Part shown: positions 1-9,508 of the stretch, one piece after another
Position numbering within the stretch: position 1 is the stretch's first letter
Layout: each line of letters opens with the position of its first letter
Virus record (IMG/VR): IMGVR_UViG_3300008107_006173
From: a virus
Taxonomy: Duplodnaviria > Caudoviricetes
Direction: 5' to 3' (one strand)
Length of the DNA: 64,000 nucleotides
Position numbers and translations under genes: made by a program
Notes under the pieces: model-generated
Told to the model about the DNA's origin: nothing
Database searches by the model: none
The model's input: the letters and a program-made list of their open reading frames with translations, nothing else

Positions 1-1
1 C

Positions 2-844
2 GCTTGGACCACTACCATCAACTGGATCACCATTCCAACCAGTATCGCCTGGACCATACACACCACCTTCTTGGCTGATGCGTACATCAACAGGACTGCC
101 AGTTACATAACTACGCACCACCAAAGCCAGTGTACCATCGCCTGCTTGTTCGAGGAAAATACCATTACGGTCATCAAAATAACCTGTGCGTTTAGTAACA
201 TTGGATACAGCATTATAAAAATTAAATGATGCTAGTATCATCTGACTCTTACCGGGCATATAGTGATGATAGAATTTGGTTTGGTGTACTGCTCTACTTG
301 AACTATTAGAAGTAGTGGATAGTCTTGCACAAGCCTGATTGTTTTGGAATGCAATATTGCCACCATTGACCATATAGTCAATGAAGTTAGGATCTAGGCC
401 GTATAAGTGTTTATAGTCACCCAGTGTATAAGGTTCGCTAACACGCAATCTACCAAATGCATCATTGCCACCAAGTAGAGGTTGTGTTACAACATTTCCT
501 GATACCACCCACGGACTTGTTGTTTGGCTAACATTAATGTTACCACCAGTAACAGTTGCGTTTACATTACCAGTAACGCCAACATTACCGTCTACTGTAA
601 TACTATTGCCGCCATCTGTTATAATAACAGTACCGGTAACATTTGCATTAATACTACCGCTGTTAACTGTTACATTTACGGGATTGGTAGTTGGGTTATC
701 AACGGTAACATTACTAACAATAACATCGCCTTCTAAGCTGATGCCGTCAACGTGAGTGCGTATAACGGGCTCACCGCTAGCATTGTATTTCATTGAGTTG
801 TGTAAATCACGCAACTCTTTATCTAATGGATGGTTATAAGACAT
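2..844 (-). CDS. Virion structural protein, truncated at window edge
   Basis: Not in the ORF track. Read manually from ATG at 844: MSYNHPLDKELRDLHNSMKY...NDAFGRLRVSEPYTLG..., open to position 1. V/N/T/G-rich. SD GGGAGAGG and late promoter upstream. Confidence 0.75.
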   Translation of the reverse strand, partial: MSYNHPLDKELRDLHNSMKYNASGEPVIRTHVDGISLEGDVIVSNVTVDNPTTNPVNVTVNSGSINANVTGTVIITDGGNSITVDGNVGVTGNVNATVTGGNINVSQTTSPWVVSGNVVTQPLLGGNDAFGRLRVSEPYTLGDYKHLYGLDPNFIDYMVNGGNIAFQNNQACARLSTTSNSSSRAVHQTKFYHHYMPGKSQMILASFNFYNAVSNVTKRTGYFDDRNGIFLEQAGDGTLALVVRSYVTGSPVDVRISQEGGVYGPGDTGWNGDPVDGSGPS

Positions 845-880
845 AATAGTAGTACCTCTCCCTGGGTACTACTATTTATC
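845..880 (-). promoter_or_regulatory. 12-bp hairpin enclosing the SD, overlapped by late promoter GATAAATA
   Basis: AATAGTAGTACC (845-856) and GGTACTACTATT (865-876) are perfect inverted repeats; TATTTATC at 873-880. Confidence 0.75.
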
Positions 881-896
881 TAAATTTAGAACTAAT

Positions 897-1565
897 TTAA
901 GTGGCAATTTTTACGCGGTTAACCATTGTTTCCTTACCACCACTGTACTTACTAATTCCTTGGCTTTTTACATAGGCAGTAATATTAAGCTCGTCACCTA
1001 TCTCTGCAATCCTTGTAGTGTTAAAGAATTTAACAATATTCTTGTTTGATTCAGAACAGGTATACATGAAACTCATTGTGGATGGAATTTCTCGCACATG
1101 CTCAATCTTCAGATTAAACTCGCTGCGCTTGTTTAGTGTACCTACATAATCGCTGTTTTCAGACAGGGCTGCTTCTCGTTCAGTCCATTTATCTGCTTCT
1201 AGTTTACGACTATAGACATTTGGCAAACTAGCAGCAATACCTAACTTATCTTTGCCCACACGCTCAGCACCCACAAACTTTAGAACATTGGCTTCAAAGT
1301 CTGTCAACGCTCGTTCAAACGCTTTAAAGCTCAGCCCCCGCAGATAATCAATGATAGTTTCTGCAAGAACATAGTCCTTTTCATTTAGCTCAACCTTTTC
1401 ATCGTTGAGAAAGTGATTGTACAAAATAGAGCTGTTAGGCGACTTAGGCTTTTCACCTTCAGCTAAGTTTTGATAAGAATCTCGTTTGATAAAGCCCTGT
1501 GCATCAAAAATTGCACAAGCAACGGCAACTACTTCCTTAGTAGGAAAATCAATTTCTGCACTCAT
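897..1565 (-). CDS. Hypothetical protein
   Basis: 222-aa ORF with SD-like AGAGAG; no motif recognised. Confidence 0.7.
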   Translation of the reverse strand: MSAEIDFPTKEVVAVACAIFDAQGFIKRDSYQNLAEGEKPKSPNSSILYNHFLNDEKVELNEKDYVLAETIIDYLRGLSFKAFERALTDFEANVLKFVGAERVGKDKLGIAASLPNVYSRKLEADKWTEREAALSENSDYVGTLNKRSEFNLKIEHVREIPSTMSFMYTCSESNKNIVKFFNTTRIAEIGDELNITAYVKSQGISKYSGGKETMVNRVKIAT

Positions 1566-1577
1566 ATTAGTTCTCTC

Positions 1578-2171
1578 TTACTTAGTGATGATGTTATAAA
1601 TTTCTTCCCAAGTCTTTACTACAGTAGCAGGACCCTTATAATCTAAATTATGTCCATGCTCAACCAGTAAAGTCTTGAAGCCACACCGGATACCGGCATC
1701 AGCATTTTCGGGCTTGTCTTCGATCCAATAGTTACCCTTGTATACACGACCCAGCCGATCTAGTTCTTCGTCCTTGTCTGCACCTGTATCTAAACAAATC
1801 ACATCAATAAAGATGTCACCAAACAGCTTCTTGAGATTTCGTATACGCAATTCTCGTGCGTACACATCCTTGCTCAAAGAAGTAACTGCTAGGAATTTGT
1901 ATTTGTGTTTTTCTGCTAGTAGCCTTACATACTGTTGTGCATCTCGTACCGGAGGAAGGAAACCAATAGCAGCACTTTCGTTGAATAGTCGTACTAACTT
2001 ATGTCCTTCATCCTTAGTAATACCATAACGGTCACCGATGCTGTACAGCAGCTTATAACCATCAACAGGCTTATATCCGTGATGCTCCATCCACACCGAG
2101 AAGCCCTCTTCCCAGTCCAGCATAACTCCGTCAATGTCTGTAAGGATAACCTTTTTCTTAAAGAATAACAA
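1578..2171 (-). CDS. HAD-superfamily 5'(3')-nucleotidase-like phosphatase
   Basis: Motif I DIDGVMLDW; C-terminal WIEDKPEN motif. Confidence 0.8.
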   Translation of the reverse strand: MLFFKKKVILTDIDGVMLDWEEGFSVWMEHHGYKPVDGYKLLYSIGDRYGITKDEGHKLVRLFNESAAIGFLPPVRDAQQYVRLLAEKHKYKFLAVTSLSKDVYARELRIRNLKKLFGDIFIDVICLDTGADKDEELDRLGRVYKGNYWIEDKPENADAGIRCGFKTLLVEHGHNLDYKGPATVVKTWEEIYNIITK

Positions 2172-2196
2172 ACCAAACTCCCTAACTTATATTAGT

Positions 2197-2224
2197 ATTT
2201 TAGCATCATTAGCTACAATGTCAA
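2197..2224 (-). promoter_or_regulatory. sigma70-type early promoter
   Basis: TTGACA-16 nt-TAAAAT with TGn extended -10. Confidence 0.6.
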
Positions 2225-2230
2225 GTATAT

Positions 2231-2542
2231 TCAGGTATGTTCTATAATTTCAATGCCAGCAGATTCGATGGCACTCATACATACTGGACAGGGTTTGGCC
2301 AATGCAGGCCGACCTTTTTTGTCCCACCTAGATACAAAGATTTTATGCGCTCTGCTAAGATCCTTGCATTTTACAATAGCATGAATCTCAGCATGAAGAA
2401 ACTGTTTGTCAGGCATACCTGCTTTTGCAGCATGTAGTGCCTGTAACGGGTGCGTCTTAATATAACTGTTTTGTCCAACAGATATAACTTTACCACGCTT
2501 GTCATATATGACGGCAGTAAGAGCCTGTTTAGTAGTGGACAT
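2231..2542 (-). CDS. Zn-dependent cytidine/dCMP-deaminase-fold protein
   Basis: HAE and PCPVC zinc motifs. Confidence 0.8.
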   Translation of the reverse strand: MSTTKQALTAVIYDKRGKVISVGQNSYIKTHPLQALHAAKAGMPDKQFLHAEIHAIVKCKDLSRAHKIFVSRWDKKGRPALAKPCPVCMSAIESAGIEIIEHT

Positions 2543-2651
2543 CAGATATGTTCTTCCCTAACACCTACTAGTATATAATAACATCTTTAGGACGTTTGTC
2601 AACCATTCCGTGAACTTTAGAAAAGTACTAGAAAAAGGGTTAAATAACTGT

Positions 2652-3239
2652 ATGAAAATGACCTCTAGTCTTCTTAGTTATCCCGTTTTTCCTGATTGGG
2701 TATTTGAGGGGGAATTACAAATAGATGATAATGTAGCTGATGCAATATTAAAAGAAGTTCAAGCCAGCAGAACATCACAGTATTTTCACAACGCAAACTT
2801 TGGTTGGATCACTAATAAAAATATTACCTTAGGAAAAAACATCGCCAAGTTAAATTCTCTAATTGGTAATATGTTTGTGGAAAATGCTGCTTCTCATTTT
2901 AGAATTAAAAAAGAAGATTGGACAGATATTGAAATTTGCGAGACTTGGACCATGGGTATTAAACCAGGACATAATTTCCCGCAATCAGTACATAGACATC
3001 GCTGGTACCATTCTGTGCTTTTTCTAAAAGCAGAAGAAAACAGTACTAGTTTGTATCTCGATCAATACGGGCCTAAACTATATGCTTGCCCGCCCCGAAT
3101 TCAAAGCAGTGAACATTTTGTTGCAGCAAAGACAAATAAGATTGTTTATTTTCCTGCCCACATACCTTGGGGTATAACATCAAACTCATCCGACCAAGAC
3201 TGCATTATTTGTTGCAATAGTTTTGTGATAAAACAATAA
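2652..3239 (+). CDS. Putative 2OG-Fe(II) oxygenase-like protein (phage TIGR02466-like)
   Basis: HRH..HSVLFLK and YFPAHIPW resemble this family. Start moved to ATG 2652, 5 nt after TAAATA (2641-2646). Confidence 0.55.
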   Translation: MKMTSSLLSYPVFPDWVFEGELQIDDNVADAILKEVQASRTSQYFHNANFGWITNKNITLGKNIAKLNSLIGNMFVENAASHFRIKKEDWTDIEICETWTMGIKPGHNFPQSVHRHRWYHSVLFLKAEENSTSLYLDQYGPKLYACPPRIQSSEHFVAAKTNKIVYFPAHIPWGITSNSSDQDCIICCNSFVIKQ

Positions 3240-3241
3240 AA

Positions 3242-3267
3242 AGAAAGGGGCCTTTTGACCCCTTTCT
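3242..3267. terminator. Probable bidirectional intrinsic terminator
   Basis: AGAAAGGGG/CCCCTTTCT 9-bp stem between convergent genes. Confidence 0.75.
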
Positions 3268-3289
3268 AAACTCCCCATCCCGAGAAGTG

Positions 3290-6200
3290 TTATACTACGT
3301 ACTTGTAGTGTACAGTTGCTACTAAGCTACCGCCTGTTACAACAGAAGCTGTTGTACCATCGCTTTGCTTGAACTGTACTACAACACCTGCATTCTTTGT
3401 AAGTGTTGTATCACCATCTAGTTCAATAATATATGTACCTGCTGTACCTGCATCAGCATCGTCAGCTGCAACTAGTGTTGTACCGCTACCACCATTTTCC
3501 TTAACTAGGATATGGTTGAAGCTACCACCACTGAATGCTGTACCTACCTTGATTACAACCTTGTCAACATAGTATGTACGGTTGCTTACATTTGGTACTG
3601 TACCAACTGTGAAGCTGCTTGCGCTGCTGTTAGCAGTGAATGTACCACGAAGTAGTAAACCATCACCGCCGTTGTTAGTAACATAATCAACTACCGCTGC
3701 TGAAGTTGGAATTGTTGTATCATTGTCGTTGTTAGCAATGCCATCAGCTTCGTTAACAAACTTGGTAATTGAAATGCTGTTGCCAGTATCTGTTAGTGTA
3801 CCAAATGCAACATCACCTGTTACAGCAAGGTTACCGCTGATTGAACCACTGGCTGCTGTTAGATCACCTAGTGTTAAGTCTTCTGTACCCAGGCTCCATG
3901 TATTAGAAGGTGTATAAACAATCTGCTTCATGCTGCCACCAACGTTGGCTTCAAAGCCTACGTTAGCACCAGTTGTACCGTTGCTGTTTACACGGAAGAT
4001 TGCATCAGCAGTCTGAACAGTTGTTGAATCAACAATTGTTTGTGTACCTTGAACGGTTAAGTTACCAGTAATAATTGCATCACCATTAACATTAACTGTA
4101 GCGGCTGTAATATCATTTGACAGCAATGAGCCTGTGATAGCTAAGTTGTTTGTAACAGTTAGGTTGTTACCAATTGTAACGTTAGCTGGTAAGCCAACGG
4201 TTATTGTTTGACCACTTACGCTGGTTTCAACTTCATTAGCTGTACCAGCAACGGTTAATGTTTGACTGTCTAGGTCAACACTAGCTGTACCGGTGTCACC
4301 AGCAATGTCTAAGTTAGTTGCGCCTAGTTGTGCATCAACATAACTCTTAACTGCGGCTGTTGTTGCGACTGAGGTGTTGTTTGGTGTAGCAAATGCACCG
4401 TCTGTTGACCAATCTGTGATTGTCACAGCACCGTCGTTTAAGCCACCAAATGCAACGTTACCGCTGAAGTTACCATTAACTGCGCCAGTTAGCGACCCAC
4501 CTGATAATGTAGCTGTGCCATCTTTTAGCGCACCTGCTTGTACATTACCACTGAATGTGCCATGAACTGCACTTGTGATATTGCCATCAGTAATTGTTAG
4601 TACACCGTCAGTGAATGAATCAGCTGTCATTGAACCGTTGATTGAAACATTAGGTGTTAGCGCAAATGTAACGCTGTTGTTTGCAATGGTTGTTTGAATT
4701 TGGTTTGTAGTACCAGCAAAGTCTAGTACCTCGCCTACATTAACTGTATCGTTAGCACCAACGTCACCACTGATATCAAAGCTGGTTGAAATTGTTACAT
4801 TACTTGCGGCTGTTAGTCGACCTTGTGCATCAACAGTAATTTGTGGAATTTGTGTTGCACTACCAAATACACCGGCAGTTACCGTTGTGTTATCTAGATC
4901 AACTGTTACGCTGTTATTAGCAATGGTTGTTGTTAAACCAACACCACCAGCAACAGTTAGTGTTTCACCACCGTTAACGGTATCTGTACCACCAACATCG
5001 CCCGCAATATTGAAGTTTGTTGCTACAGCAATGTTACTAGCAGCAGTAATACGACCCTGTGCATCTACAGTAAACTGTGGAATATCTGTTGAACTACCAT
5101 ATACACCTGCTGTTACAGCGGTATTATCTAAGTTAACTGTTACAGTATTAGCTGTTACTGCTGATGTTAGACCAACACCACCTGCAACAGTTAGTGTTTC
5201 AGTTAGCAAGTTAATGCCATCTGTACCACTATCACCTGCAATGTTTAATGTTGTTGCAATATTAGCATTACTTGCGGCAGTTAAACGACCTTGTGCATCA
5301 ACTGTGATGATTGGAATCTGTGATGTACTACCGTAAACACCTGCTGTTACCGCAGTATTGTCTAGATCAACTGTTACTGCATTGGCTGTAATTGTTGATG
5401 TTAAACCAACACCACCTAGTACGCTTAATGTTTCACCACCATCAATTCTTGTTGCACTACCTGTATCACCTGCTAGATCAAAGAATGTTGAAATTGCAAT
5501 GTTGCTGGCTGCTGTAACACGGCCTTTTGAGTCAACTGTGAATTGTGGAATATGAGTTGCATCACCATATACACCAGCAGTTACCGCAGTATTAGCTAGT
5601 GTTAGGGATAGGTCAACGTTGGCGTTACCTTGGTAAGCTACTGCACTAGCAGTTGCATCGCCTGATGCGCTAAAATAAGTTGTTGTGCTTAGGAATGCAG
5701 CACCACCTGAGACATTACCAAAGATTGTATCTACTTCAACGTTAGCTAGAGTAAATGTAGCATTGGCTGTATCAATGTATACACATGCATCTGGTTCTGG
5801 AACATACTTGTGGAAGAACTTAAAGCGGCCGTCACTTGCATCGCGGAACAAACCAGCGTGAGCATATGTGCCATCATTATAGTTACCAACAAAGCCTAGA
5901 TCTGGGTTAGCAACATTACTGTTAGCATTCAAGTAGATCATGTTATCATCTACTTCAAGTGTTGTTACATTAAGTGTTACAACATTACCGCCAACGGTTA
6001 AGTTACCATCAATTTGTAAATCACCATCAGCAGTGATACTACCATTAGCATGTAGGTTACCGCTGATGATCGGATTGTTTACTAGGCCAACTGTAACTGT
6101 ATTATTTGTTACAGCGGTTTCAATTTCGTTTGCTGTACCGCTAACAGTTAATGTTTCACCAACATTAAATGTGTCTGTACCGGTATCACCTGCAATATCA

Positions 6201-7411
6201 AAGCTAGTTGAAATGCTTACATTGCTTGCGCTTGTAACACGACCTTGTGCATCAACAGTAATTTGTGGAATCTGTGAAGTGCTACCATATACACCTGCTG
6301 TTACAGCGGTATTATCTAAGTCAACTGTGATACTGTTGTTAGCAATGGTTGTTGTTAAACCAACACCACCGGAAACGGTAAGTGTTTCACCGCCATTAAC
6401 TGTATCGTTAGTACCAACATCACCTGCAATACCAAAACTTGTTGAAATAGTAATGTTACTTGCTGCTGTAATACGACCTTGTGCATCAACAGTAAATTGT
6501 GGAATTTCTGATGTACTGCCATATACGCCTGCTGTTACCGCAGTATTGTCTAGGTTAACAGTTACAGTATTAGCTGTTACTGCTGATGTTAAACCTACAC
6601 CACCAAGTACATTTAATGTATCAGTTAGTAGATCAATTCCATCTGTACCACTGTCACCTGCAACATTTAATGTTGTTGCAATTGAAATGTTACTTGCTGC
6701 TGTAATGCGACCCTTTGAGTCAACTGTAAACTGTGGAATATTTGTTGCGCTGCCATATGTACCTGCTGTAACTGCTGTATTAGCTAGTGTTAGCGATAGG
6801 TCAACGTTGGCATTGCCTTGATATGCAACTGCTGATGCACTAGCATCGCCTGAAGCACTGAAATAAGTTGTTGTGGTTAGGAATGCAGCACCACCGGTGA
6901 TGTTACCAATAAATCCTGAAGTTGCTTCAATCCAAGTACCTGTAACATTAGCTGCGCTAGATGCGCCAATAACTGTACCGTTAATTGCGCCGCCTGTGAT
7001 TGCAACATTGTTGGCTGCTTGAGTAGCAAGGTTACCAAGTCCTAGGTTAATTCGTGCATTAGCTGCATCGCCTGCACCAGTACCACCGTTAGTAAGTGGG
7101 AGAATACCACTAACGAAACTGGTATTAGCTAGGTCAATATTGCCAACGGATGCAACGCCACCGGTCCATTTTTGGACGCCTGTTGAGCTGCTAAAGTCCT
7201 GTCCAGTACCACCATAAGCAGCACCAATAATACTACCGTTCCAAGTACCAGAAGTAAGAGTACCAACTCTTAAATCTTCTAGTGTTGTACCGTCGGATTG
7301 TGTTAGATCAAACCTACCGTTCGCGCTGTCGTATTTTAAGCGTCCACCGCTCTTGCCCATTTGGACATCTGCTGCCAAACCCTTGATACCAAAATTCTTA
7401 ATATCAGCCAT
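3290..7411 (-). CDS. Long tail fibre/whisker-like virion protein with internal repeats
   Basis: 1373 aa, T/V/G/A/N-rich. Seven copies of TAVTAGxYG...IPQxTVDxxGRxTAASN. Late promoter at 7457-7464. Confidence 0.8.
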   Translation of the reverse strand: MADIKNFGIKGLAADVQMGKSGGRLKYDSANGRFDLTQSDGTTLEDLRVGTLTSGTWNGSIIGAAYGGTGQDFSSSTGVQKWTGGVASVGNIDLANTSFVSGILPLTNGGTGAGDAANARINLGLGNLATQAANNVAITGGAINGTVIGASSAANVTGTWIEATSGFIGNITGGAAFLTTTTYFSASGDASASAVAYQGNANVDLSLTLANTAVTAGTYGSATNIPQFTVDSKGRITAASNISIATTLNVAGDSGTDGIDLLTDTLNVLGGVGLTSAVTANTVTVNLDNTAVTAGVYGSTSEIPQFTVDAQGRITAASNITISTSFGIAGDVGTNDTVNGGETLTVSGGVGLTTTIANNSITVDLDNTAVTAGVYGSTSQIPQITVDAQGRVTSASNVSISTSFDIAGDTGTDTFNVGETLTVSGTANEIETAVTNNTVTVGLVNNPIISGNLHANGSITADGDLQIDGNLTVGGNVVTLNVTTLEVDDNMIYLNANSNVANPDLGFVGNYNDGTYAHAGLFRDASDGRFKFFHKYVPEPDACVYIDTANATFTLANVEVDTIFGNVSGGAAFLSTTTYFSASGDATASAVAYQGNANVDLSLTLANTAVTAGVYGDATHIPQFTVDSKGRVTAASNIAISTFFDLAGDTGSATRIDGGETLSVLGGVGLTSTITANAVTVDLDNTAVTAGVYGSTSQIPIITVDAQGRLTAASNANIATTLNIAGDSGTDGINLLTETLTVAGGVGLTSAVTANTVTVNLDNTAVTAGVYGSSTDIPQFTVDAQGRITAASNIAVATNFNIAGDVGGTDTVNGGETLTVAGGVGLTTTIANNSVTVDLDNTTVTAGVFGSATQIPQITVDAQGRLTAASNVTISTSFDISGDVGANDTVNVGEVLDFAGTTNQIQTTIANNSVTFALTPNVSINGSMTADSFTDGVLTITDGNITSAVHGTFSGNVQAGALKDGTATLSGGSLTGAVNGNFSGNVAFGGLNDGAVTITDWSTDGAFATPNNTSVATTAAVKSYVDAQLGATNLDIAGDTGTASVDLDSQTLTVAGTANEVETSVSGQTITVGLPANVTIGNNLTVTNNLAITGSLLSNDITAATVNVNGDAIITGNLTVQGTQTIVDSTTVQTADAIFRVNSNGTTGANVGFEANVGGSMKQIVYTPSNTWSLGTEDLTLGDLTAASGSISGNLAVTGDVAFGTLTDTGNSISITKFVNEADGIANNDNDTTIPTSAAVVDYVTNNGGDGLLLRGTFTANSSASSFTVGTVPNVSNRTYYVDKVVIKVGTAFSGGSFNHILVKENGGSGTTLVAADDADAGTAGTYIIELDGDTTLTKNAGVVVQFKQSDGTTASVVTGGSLVATVHYKYVV
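4660..6895 (-). repeat. Intragenic ~79-aa tandem repeats in two blocks (3 + 4 units)
   Basis: Both blocks start GGAAFLxTTTYFSASGDAxASAVAYQGNANVDLSLTLANTAVTAG (about 6895 and 5707). Coordinates approximate. Confidence 0.85.
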
Positions 7412-7456
7412 TTTCAGACTCTCCCAGACTTGTTATTGAATAGCTATTGCTTTGTT

Positions 7457-7464
7457 TATTTATC
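7457..7464 (-). promoter_or_regulatory. T4-type late promoter GATAAATA
   Basis: Intergenic, about 45 nt upstream of the ATG at 7411. Confidence 0.7.
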
Positions 7465-7469
7465 AATCT

Positions 7470-9500
7470 TTAGACATAGGTTAGCTTTACGGTCACGTTG
7501 CCTGCTGATGCTTGATAGTGATTGCAACGCACTCTAATTTGTAAATCTTGGCTGTTTGAAGCGGGGTAAACATATTCTGGATTTGAATAAAATTCGGTAG
7601 TTTCTGTCAAATCGTTTGCGTCTGAAGCTACAAATAGCGCAGGTTGACCTAGTACGCCAACTTCGATGTTAGGTATAATGTTGCCTGAATAACCGCTAAA
7701 TGCTGTATGAACTTCGAAACTTACGCTGGTAATTTTACGTCCTGGACTAATATTACCCAATGTATTTGTAGTACTATTACCAAAACCCACTGCTGGCATA
7801 GTAAATGTTGTGGTCATTGTTTTAGCATCAGTGGTAGCACTATCTGCGTTAGCTACCTGTACCCAAGCACTACCGTTATAAACATATAAGCCCCATTCAC
7901 CTGTGCCTGCATTTAGAACATATGCTTGATCACCTGTTTGTGGGGTCAACGCATCTCTAGCAGCAATATTTGCTACCACAGTAGTTCCGGCACTTCTTAG
8001 GCCACGCTCAATGTTCATAGCCAACGGATACATTCCGTTGTGACCACTGGCTACACCTGTGCCTACACGGAAAAATTCTGTGCCTTCGTAGATTAAAATT
8101 TCGCCGCCATCGGATCTAGCCAGCACTAATTTTCTTGCACCTGTTGCGCTAGTTGAAGCAGGTAGTCCTGAAACATTACCAGCACCAACAAAACCATAGC
8201 CGTTAGTATCTGCATTACCGTTAGTGATAGTAATCGCATTACCGTTTGCTTCAGACAATGTTAAAATTGTTGATGTTGATGTAGCGGTCAAATTTGCTAT
8301 ATTGGCTGCATTAATATCAGCGGCCATATCAACTGGAATGCCCACTGACAATCCATAAGCAGCTTGGCCTCCTGTATCAGTGGTAAAGTTAATTAGAGTA
8401 TTTCCGCTACCACTGCTTATGTACGCACTAAAGGGAACAAATCCACCAACTAGGCCATAGATTGTATTGCCCGCATCACTGGAAATAACAGTTGGTGTTG
8501 GTACACTGGAAGCAGTTACATAATGATTACTGGTGTTTGAGTTTATGGTTGATACCATTTGATTAAGATTAGCATTAGCACCGCCGGTGCCTGCAAATGT
8601 AACAATGGTTCCGTTCAATGCAATTTGATGACCATCAGGGACTGTTGGATTATTAACTGTGCCTACTATTTCTGTAGCAATAGCATCTTGTATCTTTAAG
8701 AAAACAATTTTACCTGTAGTGTCACTGGCAGTTAGATCACCATCGGTATCTAAATAAATGTAATCACCTTGCGTACCTGGAATGCTAGGCTCAAAGTCAA
8801 TGATACGATTGTTAGGCGATATCATAAAGAAGTTTGGTCCTGGACCTGTTTCAATAACAGTACCAATCATCTTATCCATAGTAATAGTATTAGCTACAGA
8901 AAAACCATTTGCTGTTACAGCAATAACATCACCTTTGCTGAACCCGTGACTGTCTTGTTCAAGTACATAGTTTAGCAGAGGATTTAAATATTGAAACCTA
9001 CTCATTACAGTAGGATAAAAGTCTGTACTTACTGTACCTGGTAATGGATCAAGTAATGGCAATCCATTTTCATTTAGACTAAAAACTACTGCTGAGCCTG
9101 TGTTAAAAATACCGTTACCAGTAGCACTCTTAAAAGTATTATAGCGCAACCAATCTTCAACAACACAAGTAACTGTGTTTGCAGTCTTTGATGTAATGCT
9201 TACAATTTTAAGACACTGGCCGCTGGTTGCGCCTGCGATCCAGTCACCTACAACAATATCTAAACCATTGTAAGTAAAATCATCTCGAGTTAAGTGGCTA
9301 CCATGTGTTTGTGCTGTTACGCTAAAAGTAACAGTCCATCGGTAATATTTTTTTGTACCTACGCCCGAATACCATAGGTCGCCTGCGCCATTTGCATAAT
9401 CCCAATAGCTTTCGCCTGCAAGACTGGATACAGAGACAGGCAGAACTTTGTTAGGAATGTTTAATCTAATCTGGCTAGATTTGTAATTAATTAACGCCAT
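7470..9500 (-). CDS. Virion structural protein (tail/baseplate-associated)
   Basis: 676 aa, G/T/N-rich, in the late operon between two fibre genes. Confidence 0.7.
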   Translation of the reverse strand: MALINYKSSQIRLNIPNKVLPVSVSSLAGESYWDYANGAGDLWYSGVGTKKYYRWTVTFSVTAQTHGSHLTRDDFTYNGLDIVVGDWIAGATSGQCLKIVSITSKTANTVTCVVEDWLRYNTFKSATGNGIFNTGSAVVFSLNENGLPLLDPLPGTVSTDFYPTVMSRFQYLNPLLNYVLEQDSHGFSKGDVIAVTANGFSVANTITMDKMIGTVIETGPGPNFFMISPNNRIIDFEPSIPGTQGDYIYLDTDGDLTASDTTGKIVFLKIQDAIATEIVGTVNNPTVPDGHQIALNGTIVTFAGTGGANANLNQMVSTINSNTSNHYVTASSVPTPTVISSDAGNTIYGLVGGFVPFSAYISSGSGNTLINFTTDTGGQAAYGLSVGIPVDMAADINAANIANLTATSTSTILTLSEANGNAITITNGNADTNGYGFVGAGNVSGLPASTSATGARKLVLARSDGGEILIYEGTEFFRVGTGVASGHNGMYPLAMNIERGLRSAGTTVVANIAARDALTPQTGDQAYVLNAGTGEWGLYVYNGSAWVQVANADSATTDAKTMTTTFTMPAVGFGNSTTNTLGNISPGRKITSVSFEVHTAFSGYSGNIIPNIEVGVLGQPALFVASDANDLTETTEFYSNPEYVYPASNSQDLQIRVRCNHYQASAGNVTVKLTYV

Positions 9501-9508
9501 GTTAATCC

